Positions 26,527 to 40,732 of a stretch of 64,000 nt of DNA are shown here, in pieces. The notes below the pieces were generated by a model, which saw only the letters and a program-made list of their open reading frames with translations, did not search any database and was not told the DNA's origin. A program made the translations under genes and the position numbers. This DNA is from Octopus vulgaris (Eukaryota): NCBI GenBank assembly GCA_951406725.2, contig OX597828.1, forward strand, positions 23,064,001 through 23,128,000. Reading direction: 5' to 3'. Position 1 is the first letter of the stretch; the number at the start of each line of letters is the position of its first letter.

Positions 26527-28649
26527 TATATATATATATATATATATAAGGATTGGCATTAAATATGTGATGAAATCTGAAACAGAAATTATTCAAAGTG
26601 CTAAACTGTAACATTCATTGCAGTAACAAATCCACCGTAATACTTAAGATACTACAATATCTGTAGCAACAATAAGAGAAGAAAACTTAGATAGATCAAT
26701 GAAAAATATTTATAAAAACATCACTTTTTGGTGTGGCGCGGAGTAATGTGTGTGCAATTATTCAACAATTGTTCTCCAAAGAATCTTAATAGTGCCCTGA
26801 AAGCACTATTATTGTTGCTATTTGTAATGAAATATATTATTAGAAATATGATTTAAAAAAGAAAACAAAAAACATTTAGCCTTTAGATATCAAAACACTA
26901 ATCAAGAGACGATAAATTACATTGATAATGGTATTGAAATTGCTTTCGATTGCCTTTTTTCTCTTTATATTTTAACGTTCTTCAAAGTAATTAATTCATG
27001 TTAAATGACTTCTCAAGTTGTAAAAATATCATTTATTGAACGTTGAAATTTTTCATACCCTTAGTTTGCTTCCCGCTGGAATTAGCAACATATCACAGTG
27101 AATATGATCCTTTGGCCCCATAACAATGGCATTAAAATAACAGGAACATAAAACCTGACACCCTTCTAAATAATTTTTATAAATTAAGAACTTTAAGCTA
27201 AATATTATCGATCTCTAGTATTTAAGATATTTGTACGAAAGCGATTAAATGAGGAGGGGAAGTTTCAAATCGGAATCAATAGATCAACGACAGATGATTT
27301 TAGGTTTCTTTTGTGCCCTTTTAAACATTTCTATACTCAGCTGCAGAAATTATAAAACATAAAACTAGTTTAAAGTAGATTAGAACGCAGGGAATATATA
27401 GCTAGAAGTATATCCATACTATAATGACAGTGGATCCTTAAGCAATTCAGCCAACTAGCCTCCGTGAAAATCCTCAATTACCACATTACCTAAAAAGGCA
27501 TCGTATTTCTTTCTAAGACAGTAAACTATAATTCCAAAGAGATTTTGCTGCTGTTTCTGGCATGTCAAGTAACAGAATTCATTCAGGCCACTACCACTTA
27601 TTATCTCGCGATCAGTAATCCTTAACGCATATTCAAATCTTTACCCGAGTTTCATTTATTAAATAGCGGTCATATTTGTACAATTCCTTCGTTAGGTCAT
27701 AATTACAATACCATTGTTTAAGTGTTCCGCGATGTACATTATTTCGTTAACAACAATTGCCAAATGAATTCTTGCGAACATATATCCATTTAAGAAATCA
27801 CAGGATTATTTCACGACGTCATCGCTGTAATATTGTTTTACACAGCTGATTGTAATATCTAGGTCTGCGGTACTTAAATGAAGTCTGTGAGAGTTGAGCT
27901 TTGGACAAATTCATCCAGCATTAAATCGTAAAGATTCTCAGACGTAATCCATTATTTGAAGAAATATCTGACTTGGGATGGACGCGAAAAACAGACGATA
28001 TACATGCTATTATAAATAATATCTGTAACCAAAGAAGCTATTGGTAGTATAAATGTGCAGTTACTTTGATAAACGACACCGTTCTCTTTAGAATGTGTAT
28101 TTCACAGTGAAACGAGAAATCAATCCTGTTAGAATCGTAAATGCTAGGGAAACCCAAGGACATAAGATTAGTAAAACTGTGAAACCAACTTAAAGATGTT
28201 TGGGGAAGATGGCGAATGTACAACGAGGAAAGATAAATAAACAAGTTCGGAAAAATCCAGAGAAATTCTAAATACACACTAAGGTAGATATGTAAATTAT
28301 ATTGATTTTGTTTGGTGATCATTATGATTTGCGATCGACGTCAATCTCTCTCGCTTATATTCTCTCTCACCATTCCTCACACTCTATCATTCTCTCTCCC
28401 TCTTTCACACACATACCAACACATGCGTACAATAGATCACTTCTTCCTGTATTCTATCACAATAGACATGAATTATATACCCTCTCCCTCACACAGAGTG
28501 CCTCTTTCTCTCATAGTCGTTTATGCAAGCCATCGTCAAATAGTATATTTATTTATATCTGCATCACACACATATCACACATACATATATATGTATATAT
28601 TTACACACGCACAAACATACACACACGAACACACACACATATATATATA

Positions 28650-28700
<51 letters not shown>

Positions 28701-28789
28701 TAAGGATCTTACTACAGGTTTATACTATTAATATAAATGTACATTGTGGTGTTCATGTATACTATATATATAGGTGCCTACCTATGTAT

Positions 28790-28847
<58 letters not shown>

Positions 28848-29408
28848 GTACATATATACTTACACACACACACATATATATGCATGTACCCACGTATATT
28901 TCTATGTATATAATTATATATGTTTGTGCCTATAGACTCATTTTTATATTTCCCCTTCTCCTGCTCTCTCTCTCTCTCTCTCTTTATATGAGTGTGTGTA
29001 TGTGATTATGTATACGCATACACAGGCATAACATATCTGAAGCAAGACTAATATAAAACCTACACTAAGTGAAAAATAAACGTGAAATAACAGCATTAGC
29101 ATCTATTACTTCATCACCGCCATTACTACTAGTACAACTACGAACACTACAAGAATGAGGCAAAGCAAAACGAACGACAATAACAACAACAACAACGAGA
29201 ACGAAAACAAAAGCAATAAATAAATCAATCAAAAACAATAACAATAAAACCAACAATGATATACAAGAAAAAAATACTAATATTTTCCCAATATCATTGA
29301 TTTCATACTTCGCCCATTTGGCAAACATTACGTAAATAAGAACTGTTTAATTGGTGCGTTTCATACGTGTGGGTAAAGTATATATGTACATATACACACA
29401 CACACAGC

Positions 29409-29445
<37 letters not shown>

Positions 29446-29642
29446 GAATGTATGTGCATGTTTGTGTTTGTGTGTCTGTGTATCTGGAGGAAGTGTATGT
29501 AATACAAAGTTATCTCCATTCCTATATCTTCATGGCTGTTGAATTCTGCTGAGAATTTACCATAGCAGAACTGAACAACACGTTTGTTATCTTTTTTTTT
29601 CCTTCCGATGCACTGTACACATCACGGACGCCAAACAAAGCA

Positions 29643-29687
<45 letters not shown>

Positions 29688-29773
29688 CAAAAGAACTGTA
29701 CATTCACACAGTCACACAACGACGAATATACACACCGACACGGACATATGCAAACGTCCGTACATCTCTCTCT

Positions 29774-29850
<77 letters not shown>

Positions 29851-30100
29851 TATCTATATAGGTAGTTTTTTTCTTGAGAATCGCTGTATTATTTGAGGAT
29901 TGTCTGATACCGGTGTGTTAACACAGCAAGGAACCGGAAATCGATGCGGTAATATGGCACGATACAAAATAAAAGCATATATGAATAAACTAACAGAACA
30001 CCATCATAAACATGTACTTACAAATATAGATACAAATATACACGCACAAATATATAAATAAACAAATGCTTTTAATACATATACTCATACATATAAACAT

Positions 30101-30169
<69 letters not shown>

Positions 30170-30605
30170 GTATTTTTATGGCTATATACATATTTGTTTA
30201 TGGCTCATTGTGTTTCATAGGTATCTGTTTCTGTATATATATGTCCGTGTGTATACTTATCAAATGTAAATGAATGCAAAATAGCAAAGAAAATCAATAG
30301 ATACGAAATACGAAATATTTCAGTTCGATAAACGAAGTATACAATTTACTTCTACTTCGCAAGTGTTCTTAGGAATATCGGTGTTTCTCTGAGTAAACGT
30401 ATGTGCATGGATATGTATGTATGAATGGGTATGTGTGTCAGTGTGTCTGTATGTGTTTATGTATATAAATATATCTAATTATATATACATATATGTAAAT
30501 ATGTAAATAAGTATTTATATATATATGTATGCGTATGTATGTATGTATGTATATATGCATGCATATATATATATGTATATATGTGTGTATGTGTGTATGT
30601 ATATA

Positions 30606-30666
<61 letters not shown>

Positions 30667-31362
30667 ATATATGTGTGTGAGTATGTGTGTGTGTGTGTGT
30701 ATTTACTTATACATGTTTTGCAGACAGATAAAACAATACAAAAATGAAAGAACATTAGAAAGATGAGGAATGAGGAATAAGAAACGCAATAAGAAAGAAA
30801 ACAAAGAGGAGCAATAAACGGGTCAACTATAACATACGTTTTATAGCGAAATGTATTGACGCCCAAACGTGGTAAACAAAATCGTTCCTGTAGCGTCTTT
30901 CACCACTGAAAGGCTTGGCTTTTGAGCATTGCTTGGGGGGATTGCAGAAGTTCCTTTTTCTCTTTAGATATATGGTGTCATTATTTATTAGGCAGTGGAA
31001 GAACCATTGCTTATCATCCGCTTATTTCCGTGTCTTTGGTCCACGTCCAGCTTTGCTGACTGGCATAATTTCCAACGCTTCTAATACTTTGAGCAACACT
31101 TGTAAATTCTTCAAAATGTGATGCCAATGGATAAAACATATTGTAATATCTTACTTAAATTACTTAATGTTTCTATAATATTTCGGGAAAGTGTCACTTT
31201 CTCAAATATTAAAAGAAAACAAACATTCGGGGAAACTGCTTCAAATAACGAGACGAAAGTTTCGTTCTGGTAATCAAAATTCACTAAATCTATACCTTGA
31301 CTAGTGAATAATATAACAGTTAGCACTATAATATGGAACGATGAAAATCCAATCAGGACCGT

Positions 31363-31771
31363 TACTCTTTTACTCTTTTACTCTTTCACTTGTTTCAGTC
31401 ATTTGACTGCGGCCATGCTGGAACACCGCCTTTAGTCGAGCAAATCGACCCCGGGACTTATTCTTTGTAAACCCAGTACTTATTCTATCGGTCTCTTTTT
31501 GCCGAACCGCTAAGTGACGGGGACGTAAACACACCAGCATCGGTTGTCAAGCAATGCTAGAGGGACAAACACAGACACACAAACATATACATACACATAC
31601 ATACATATATATACATATATACGACAGGCTTCTTTCAGTTTCCGTCTACCAAATCCACTCACAAGGCATTGGTCGGCCCGAGGCTATAGCAGAAGACACT
31701 TGCCAAAGATGCCACGCAGTGGGACTGAACCCAGAACCATGTGGTTCTTACCACACAGCCACTCCTGCGCC
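31363..31771 (-). mobile_element. Near full-length family B SINE
   Basis: Minus strand runs GGCGCAGGAGTGGCTGTGTGGTAAG (A-box), GGTTCAGTCCC (B-box), TTGGCAAGTGTCTT (CORE-like), an internal TA/TG tract, then a (TAAAAGAG)n tail. Confidence 0.92.
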
Positions 31772-32199
31772 TATTGCGTTGCCATATTTCATGTGCGTAA
31801 ATACTGCAACTTACTTTGGTCGTTACTATTTCATTAAGGCCTCTGCATGTAACCGTAATACCAAGTAAAGTAACATAAACTATTAGTCGTGATCTGAAGC
31901 CCGCATTGCGCATCGTGATTACCTGATCATGCTGCATTTAGTCTTCATAGAGTTTACATCACAGAATACAAACGCGTATTCATTTTCAGTTTCGTTGCCT
32001 GTCATAGGGTGCTTCGTAAAAGATATTTTACGATATATGAAAGAACCGAACAATGACCTTCAGTTTTATTATGTTTACTGATCCCAGAAATTAGAAAGCA
32101 TGGTTGGACTATAAAGAATTAGAGCTACAATCGCTGGTAGTTGGAACAAATACAGCGCGCGTGAACAAGAAGAGACTGAATCCCTGAAGCCAATTGAAA

Positions 32200-32620
32200 G
32201 CCTGGTACTAATTCTATTGGATTCTTATGAGGAACTGCTAAATTACGTGTGTAAACAAACCAACATTGGTCATCAAGCGGTGGCAGCGAATAACACACAC
32301 ACAACACACGCACTCACACACTTGGACACATACATATATGTGTATGTTTGTGTGTATATGCATGTATATGTGTATTAATGTATGTATGTATATGCGTATG
32401 TATGTATGTCTGTCTGTATATATGTATGTATGTATTATGTATGTTTGTATGTATGTATGTATGTATGTATGTATTATGTATGTATGCATGTATGTATATG
32501 ACGGGTTACTTTCAGTTTCCGTAGACCAAATCTTCACACAAAACTTTGGTCCACGGAGTGTGACTGAACCCGGAACCATATGACTCGGATGTCTATTCTT
32601 ACCACACAGCTACGCCATGC
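32200..32620 (-). mobile_element. Decayed family B SINE with an expanded internal microsatellite
   Basis: Homologous to the 31363 copy at both ends, with ~200 bp of (CA)/(TATG) repeats inside. Confidence 0.75.
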
Positions 32621-32956
32621 GTATATATTATACTTCAAAAAGAATAATTGTAACAGTAACTTCGAAATTTCGACCAGCTAAGCAGTCATGGTATTCTCCC
32701 TTGATGGTTGACATGGCGGAAACTTAGAACTTACTGTGAAATCTATTCATCTAAAATGTTTAATAAATTTCGCTTTAAGATTTGGTTTGCAAGATTCTTT
32801 ATGTGAGTTCATGTGTTGAAGCATATTTTGATGGATCTGGGGAGAGTCATTCTCTTTTTGAGCCCTATTATTAAACACACTCACCGGTAATGTTACCACT
32901 CATTTATTTATTTATTTTTCCTAAAACTTTCGTTGCGTCTTGCAAACTTTTTAATA

Positions 32957-33022
<66 letters not shown>

Positions 33023-33089
33023 TCCGATACCCCGGTACCTATCGCAATTATCACATTTGGGTGCAAGTATTTAATGATAATTGTTTTAT

Positions 33090-33284
33090 ATCTTAGCACA
33101 AGGCCAGCCAGAGAGACGTCGATTACACCTACACCAGTGCACAACTGGTATATTTATCAATCGACCTCCGAAACAACGATAGGAAAAACTGACCTCCGGT
33201 GGTATTCACCTCGAAAGTAAAGGCGGACGAAATACCGCTGAACAATTTGCCCGCTGTGCTAACAATTCTGCCATTTAGCTGCCT
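33090..33284 (-). mobile_element. Decayed family A SINE
   Basis: GACGAAATACCGCT...GTGCTAAC...TCTGCCA is the reverse complement of the family A head. Confidence 0.75.
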
Positions 33285-33405
33285 GATTCTATGTTACGAT
33301 ATTACTATATTCTATTTCTATATTAATCTATGCTACATATATAACTGAACGAAGCTTTATGGATATAAAAATAAAGCGAAAAATGTATCATTATTCAAGA
33401 TTTTT

Positions 33406-33766
33406 AGCTGTGTGGTACGTAGCTTGCTTACCAACCACATCGTCTCGGGTTCTGTCCCACTGCGTGGATAAGTGTCCTTTACTGTAGCCTTGTGAGCGGA
33501 TTTGGTAGACGGAAACTGGAAGAAGCCTTTCGTATATATATATATATATATATATGCGTGTGGGTTTGGACCCCCCACCAACGCTTGACAACCGATGTTG
33601 GTGTGTTTACGTATCCGTAACTTAGCTGTTCCGCAAAAGAACCCGATAAGAACTAGGCTTACAAAGAATAAGTCCTGGGTCGATCTGTTCGATTTAAAGG
33701 CCGTGCTCCAGGACGGCCGCAGTAAAATGACTGAAACAAGTAAAAGAATAAAAGGATAAAAGAATA
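33406..33766 (+). mobile_element. Family B SINE
   Basis: Colinear with the reverse complement of 31363-31771. Confidence 0.9.
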
Positions 33767-34633
33767 CGTAATCCAAGGAAAAGAATAGTGAGAACCGTTA
33801 CAATGTTCAGTTGAATGATTCTCGTAATGTGTTCCTAATTCCTGTGCAGTAAAATCATATCCTGCTCGCGCAAACTCTTACGTTTCTAATTTCGGAATAG
33901 ATAGAGGATGCAAAATACCAATTCTTGGATGTGACAGAACTGTGAGAAGAGAAACTGAGATGCCGCGCCCAACTTGTTCTGGTTGTTTTGTATTCAGACG
34001 GTATTAAAGGGATTATATTGACCCACGTCGATGGCATTTCTCTTAGATAATCATTGGATAGGATATCTCTAAATGGCAAGGATATCTCTGCATGGGGAGA
34101 TATCCTTTCCCTGCATAAAACGGCTTAGATAGCGACAATTGCATAAGCGTGCATAAGTATGGGGAACCTTTAACAACCACGACTACACAAAACAAATCTA
34201 TCTCTAAAAAAATTATCTCTTTTGAAACGTACTGAATGTCTTAACTTTTCATATAAGCAAACATTTTTTTTTGGATTATATTCGAAAACACCTCCGATTC
34301 CTCCGCATTAGGATGCAATGGCGACGTAATGAACCGAACGTTGAGATAACTTATATGAATAAAAGATTGAACGCGATTGGTAGACTATAATGCAAGATGT
34401 GCTGAAGAAATCGAAGACGATGTATAACTGAGATATCTTATAATAAAATGTAGTTCGATTTGTTTCCATCCAATATTGAAGACTTAAAAATTGTGGGGAG
34501 AGTAATAAGATCAAATAGTAGACACAAGGAGGAGAAAAAGGAAATATTATTCGATATTATTTGGTTTAAAATCTACTATTAAGTATATTCTTAAAAACAA
34601 AGAAGTGAAGATCGCATAGTTCTATCTATCTGC

Positions 34634-34751
<118 letters not shown>

Positions 34752-34765
34752 GTCTATCTATCTAA

Positions 34766-34805
<40 letters not shown>

Positions 34806-34808
34806 AGG

Positions 34809-34846
<38 letters not shown>

Positions 34847-35447
34847 CTTATCTATTAACCTATCTATGTCGTTATGTATCTATGTATCTATCTTCCTACA
34901 TGTACGCCTGTACGTCTTTGTATATGTGGAAATTCTGGATGGATACACATATATATATATATGTCTGTATGTATGTATGTATGTATGTATGTATTTATCT
35001 AGATATTATGTAGATCACTGCTGAGAAGAATATTGCAACGTGTCTTTAACAGAGACTGTGAATTTATTAGATATAGAAACATATTGATATTTTGTCATCC
35101 TACTATATAAAGCAATTCAGCAAAAACGTCTTGCCAGAGAAATGAAGGAATAAATAAATAAATAGATAAAACACACAATGTAGCTCGTAGTGAACAATTG
35201 CATCGTGCAATCATCGGTATATTTTCGAACGCTTTGGCTTCGAACTAAAGCAGACACAACAAGGTATTCAGCGTGTGATTCTTAAATCAGGTGTAATAGA
35301 ATAAGTGTAAAGTAAATTGCCTTCAAGAGATATCGACACCTCATCAATGCTTCTGTGTCGTGGCGTTGCACGAATAGCTGCAATCATTATAATATATGCC
35401 GATATATAATGTGCGTGCGCGCGCGTTGTGTGTCTGTGTGTGTGTAT

Positions 35448-35545
<98 letters not shown>

Positions 35546-35697
35546 ATGTATATACATATATAATTTATACATGTATATTATATGAATAAATATATAATTT
35601 GTATTATATATGTATGTATATATACATATATATACATACATGCATATATATATGTACACATACCTATATATATAAATGTGTATATATACATACATTC

Positions 35698-35747
<50 letters not shown>

Positions 35748-36294
35748 TCATTCATATATATTCATACATACATATATTTAATTTTGAGTGTAGGAATACA
35801 TGCATTCTTCCAGTTCTTTACAGCTTTCACTCATTGAACAGCTGCCGTGCACGGACGGAGTCACTAAATGCTCATTTGATCAAGTGGTTATAGTTCTTTT
35901 GTTTCTAAATTATGTTACACAGTTACTATTTCTTTGCTTGGACACCAGTTTACGGATATGCACACAATACAGCGCCACTTATCAAGCGGTGGAACAGCCA
36001 ACAATTGGCTATGTACACTCATATATGCATTACACTCATAACAGACCCACTTATCCAAATACGACTGCAACTAAGGAAGCACAGAACGCTGAAGACAAGT
36101 GATCTGGTAGCTTCAGCGCCTATATCAGACCTCTGCAATGATATATGTCTCTGTAGTTTGTACTGTATGTCTATATGAGACTGCCTCTCTAGATGAGCGC
36201 CACAATATTCGCCGCCCTAATAATTCATCCATCTTTTTTAAGGAATAAAGTTTGATTTTTGCTATTGATAATGATTCTTTGGATAATATTCTTC

Positions 36295-36470
36295 TGTAAT
36301 TAACGTGCAAGTACCTTCACCCTATATGACCACGCGTACTTTTAACTTGAGACAGAATGTGTGTGACAATCGTGACTGATTGATTTACAATTAAAACCAT
36401 TTTTTTGCCAAATGAGTGGGCTGGAACAACGTGAAATAAAACATCTTGCACAAGAACCCTACACGCCTCA
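36295..36470 (-). mobile_element. Decayed family C/D SINE fragment
   Basis: TTTTTGCCAAATGAGTGGGCTGGAACAACGTGAAATAAAACATCTTGCACAAG matches ~60860-60915. Confidence 0.6.
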
Positions 36471-36643
36471 TACACGCACACAAACAAACAAACAAACAAA
36501 AGAGAACCAACTCAACCAATTTATTGAGAGTAACATGTATGGATCAAAACAGTTTGTTTTAGTTTCGTCGGTATTCTTGAGTTTCAAGTACGGTGCTATT
36601 CGTCAGCCATTTTGAATTTTAATATATTTGAATGCATATATAT

Positions 36644-36789
36644 TTCAACTTTAATTAACCATTTAATACTAAACAAACTGTCACAATCTATATAGGAAGC
36701 TTATCCCAAACACATATGTATGGCGGGTATAAGCTTCTTATATAGATTGTGAGAGATTGCTTAGTATTAAATGGTTAATTAAAGTTGAA
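36644..36789. repeat. Long inverted repeat, ~64-bp arms with a 17-nt loop
   Basis: 36644-36707 matches the reverse complement of 36725-36789 with 4 substitutions and 1 indel. Confidence 0.92.
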
Positions 36790-36989
36790 TTAATATTGTT
36801 TCTTTGTAGATATGTTTATGATATATTTATATTAAATAATATTTCTTTATGGTTTATTAAATAAATTTCTTTGAATTTAATTCAAGCTATATATATTGTT
36901 AAAATTAGTATTATTGTGTACAGTGTATTTATTGGGTTGATAGGTTAATATGTGCGTGTGTATGTGTGTGTGTGCGTACATATAAATAA

Positions 36990-37136
36990 GATGAGCTTGT
37001 TTCAGTTTTTGTCTGTCAAAGCCACTCACACACGTTTCCTCGCCCCGCACCTAGATTAGAAGACCCCTGCCCAAGGTACATATAGTGGGTCTGAACCCAG
37101 AACCATATGATTTGGAATCTAGTTTCTTACCACACA
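36990..37136 (-). mobile_element. Decayed 5' half of a family B SINE
   Basis: TTTCAGTTTT...GCCCAAGGT...CTGAACCCAGAACCATATG...CTTACCACACA. Confidence 0.7.
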
Positions 37137-37619
37137 AGTATATTATATATTTATATGTACACTTGTATTAATATGCGTGTGTGTGTGTGTGTGTGCGTTT
37201 GTGTGTGTGTGTATTCGTGTTCGTTTCTGTAGTTTCGTCATTCGCTTCTTAGTGGTTTACAAACACTTCGTACCCTCTTGGCATAAATTCAGAGAGAACC
37301 TTAATTATTTATTTATTTTTTCATTAATTAAGAATATGCAATTACTTATTGGCACACCGAAATGATAAGATAAGGATCGTTGCTAGTCTCTATTCTTGTC
37401 TCAGCCATTACGTTGCCTTAATAACGAAAACCCTCGACTCTCAATTGCTTTATACTGATAAATACTGCAGATTTGGCATTGAACCTTAACAGCGAGCACT
37501 TCGTTTCATTAGCGTTGTTATTATTTTCTGTTGTTGGTTAGGTGCTCTTGTTGCTGCACTTGAGGTTGGCAAACTCCTGGTCAGTCTAAAGTGAAACATC
37601 TTTTAAGCGAAGCCGGTCT

Positions 37620-37850
37620 ACTTTTGCCCACACTGTACATTATTCTCATCCTGTGTCGAGAATCAAATGACCCAATGAGCCCTTCCGCCTTCTGCTCTTC
37701 ATAGTCTAAGATATTACTAGAATACATCTGGTTCTCTAGTCCTAGTAACCACGAGGATGCCTCATTGCTATCTTGATTGGTTTCTCTCCTTGTTGAATAT
37801 GTAGCCCAGCGTCCACGAGTTTCAACCAGACTCATTTCAGTTGTGATCTG
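37620..37850 (-). pseudogene. Possible decayed RTE LINE ORF 3' end
   Basis: Minus-strand pieces LGYIF and PIKIAMRHPRG resemble RTE RWLGHI...KIALxWxPxGxR. Frameshifted. Confidence 0.35.
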
Positions 37851-38346
37851 TTCGTTGCTTGAGGCATAGCTCGGACTACATTATTTGACGTATTCTGTTT
37901 TATCTTAAGATGAAAGTATGTTATATGAGAGTAATTTGTCTACTAATTATTGAATGTCAGTCCACCTCGTTATGGCTATTTGTTGAGACACTAATGTAAT
38001 TGCTGGCTATGTTCTTTCTGTGGTTGTTTCATTGATGACTATTTTAGACTAAAGCTATCCGGAACATGTCTAAACTATATTGCACACAAACCTACAACTT
38101 AGCTGACCAACAAGCCTTCATGTTTCTAAAGACCGTAAGTTGAACCGTCAGTTCATTGGATAGAATCTTATGTTGTATTTGTTTCAGCTTACTGCCATTT
38201 GCTTTCAAATATAACGGTCGTCATTTACGTCTTGCATGCCTTCGGTGTCAGTATAAAGAAACAAAAAAACACTATTTCCTGCTGGTAGTAGAGCGATAAA
38301 ATTCCTAGTGTGCCGAATGGGGTATATCACAATATTCAATTCAGCT

Positions 38347-38681
38347 CCGGCTCAGTGGTTAGAGCGTCGAGCTTACGATCGTGAGGTTGTGAGCTCGAAT
38401 CCCGGACCGGGCTGCGTGTTGTGTTATTGAGCAAGGCACTTTATTTCACGTTGCTCCAGTTCACTCAGCTGTAGAAATGAGTTGCGACGTCACTGGTGCT
38501 AAGCTGTATCGACCTTTGTCTTTCCCTTGAATAACACTAGTGTCGTGGAGAGGGGAGGCTGGTATGCATGGGCGACTGCTGATCTTCCGTAAACAACCTT
38601 GCCCGGACTTGTGTCTAGGAGGGTAACTTTCTAGGTGCAATCCCATGGTCATTCATGACCGAAGGGGGTCTTTACCCTTTA
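38347..38681 (+). mobile_element. tRNA-derived SINE, family C
   Basis: A-box GGCTCAGTGGTTAGAGCG, B-box GCTCGAATCCC, CORE-like TTGAGCAAGGCACTT...CTCCAGTTCACTCAGCTG, and a distinct 3' tail. Confidence 0.88.
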
Positions 38682-38704
38682 TCTAGAGTCCTAGAGTCTT
38701 GAAT

Positions 38705-40620
38705 GAAACGTTTAGTGTTGCTTGTTCTATTTTTTTACATCTTATTTTCAAGCTCTTCCGAAGGAACGAGTGAAGCGATTTTAAAACACACCAGGCCAGC
38801 TGTTATAAAGGATAAATATTTACGACAATAATGCCTTTAAGAGTGGACTTACTTGGACACTGCAGCACAAGGGACATTATATATGAACAAAAGACAGGAT
38901 GTCCCTAGATGATATTCAAAGTTACGACATATAAAAATTGTGAGCATCTTCCGTACAATCGATAATAGACTAGTTGTGGAGAACCGGTGTACAACCAATA
39001 AACTTAAACTGATTCTGTGGCTTTTATTCAACGGTTGAAGACAACGTCTGAATGGAAATAAAAATTTGAGATTTGATGGGAATTCAGCTTTTGCATATGG
39101 CAGATCGAGCAATGTGAAAGACACTTTCTCGCTGGTTTTTCTTTCTTTGAATTTGAATTCGCAAAACTAAGTATAAAGTACACTTGTACGTGCGACCTTT
39201 TGGTGGGAATTCTGAGATACGGACTTGCCCTGCATAAACATGATGCGGATAACACAGCATGCAATGGTTAGGTATGCACGCCAATCCATACTTTCAAGAG
39301 AACATCTACGTAAATAGGAAAATTGCTAAAAATATACAAGAAAATATCTTTCAATTAGCAACCCATCGTCTTAAAAAAAGGATGCATACATGCAGTTCTT
39401 GTTGGGTCAAACGATGAGATGGTTACGCTAGCCTGAGTCGATATTTTATCAAAAATGTTCCATATGTAACATCGCATTTTTCTTCTAATCACAGGAGGTA
39501 AAACTAAATTAACCAATGATTTCTTCTGAAGTAATCAAGGGTCACATAAGAGAATTTGGCTGCTATTTCTAACACGCAGGGAGACTTGGAAAAGTCCATG
39601 TATCCATGAATTTAATCGCCCATATTATCATGATAGTACAGAAACATGATTTTAGACAAGAGGTTTTGCTAGTCAACATTGTCATAGCATACAATTAACT
39701 GCAAAATTTATATCTGTGTTCGTCATAATTGACAAACAAACCTGCAGTGCAGTATAGCATAAGAAATTCTTCGCATCTTTCTCACATAAATTTTCACAAA
39801 GCTCACCGGAAATCAATTAAGAAGTCTGAAAATTCAATTGTCAAAGAATTCCATATCTCTACACCACAAATGAGAAAACAGTGAACACATTTCTGTGAAG
39901 AGTGTAAGCTCTATGCATCAATAAGTCTTAAAGTGCAAGATGAAAGTTTGTGCAATTCTCGGGAGGAACGGCGATTTTCATTTATCGTAAAGCAGACATC
40001 TCAACGTGATTAAGCGAAGAAATGATCAACTAGGGAAAATGAGCTGATTAAGAATCTAAATCTTTTCAGTTATAAATTTTAAACAGCATTCATAGAGAGA
40101 ACTAGATTAAGGGAAATTTGTTGTGAAATGCATAAAGTCACTTATATTTTATTCTTTAAATACCAACTTATCATCTTAAAAAAGGATGCGGAACTGTAGA
40201 CCTTCATCTACCAAAAAGAGAACTGATAACTGCATTCTTGAATAGAACTTTTATCATAATCATATCAAACCTTGCTTATGAACCATGGACTGGACCAGGC
40301 ACCCATCTCTGCCTTGCATGCTCTGAAACTTTCTATTTACCACATACGGTCAGCTGAAGTGTGCAACAGAGCTATCAGTACGATTAATAGCATTGCGACT
40401 GCAATGATGCATTAAAGATGTCCTACAAAATAAATAAATAAATACAAATAGATAACCAGATTTATAAAGGAACTAATTCATTGTTTCGAAATGGCCGATT
40501 CTGTGGATCACGGATCTGCATTCATCTCAGAAAAGTAAGGAATCCAAAATGAACAATCTAAAACTATATTAAAAACAGAGTGGGTACGCATGAATATTGC
40601 TGCTTCATAAAAATAATAGC
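38705..40620 (+). mobile_element. Heavily decayed Gypsy-type LTR retrotransposon pol (RT, RNase H, integrase), interrupted by other repeats
   Basis: Motifs in Gypsy order: SYFQ...NTP, IMP, LDDI (38905-38916); YGL and VRYARQSIL (RNase H, ~39218-39293); HKAH...CEEC (integrase Zn domain, 39795-39905); EPWT; DHGSAFISE (40506-40532). Many stops and frameshifts; no LTRs found. Confidence 0.65.
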
Positions 40621-40732
40621 CAGACGTATTTTTCATCGACATAAACAAATGTAATGTATTATGATGCAATATAATATAATGTAATATGATATAATATGAT
40701 ACAGTATAATATATTATATAATTCAAGCCGGC

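Noticed and set aside
30840-31330. Non-repetitive stretch with weak minus-strand frames (MPVSKAGRGPKTRK...)
   Set aside because: Interrupted by stops with no identifiable motif; possibly an old TE but not supportable.
35800-36178. 100-aa and 88-aa overlapping ORFs in unique sequence
   Set aside because: No recognisable domain or exon structure; lengths are compatible with chance.
38347-38410. tRNA gene
   Set aside because: A and B boxes are present but there is no intact acceptor stem, and the sequence continues into a SINE body.
38860-38940. Penelope RT reading (IYEQKTGCP)
   Set aside because: An alternative frame gives LDDI/MDDI, and the surrounding motifs plus downstream RNase H and integrase fit Gypsy better.
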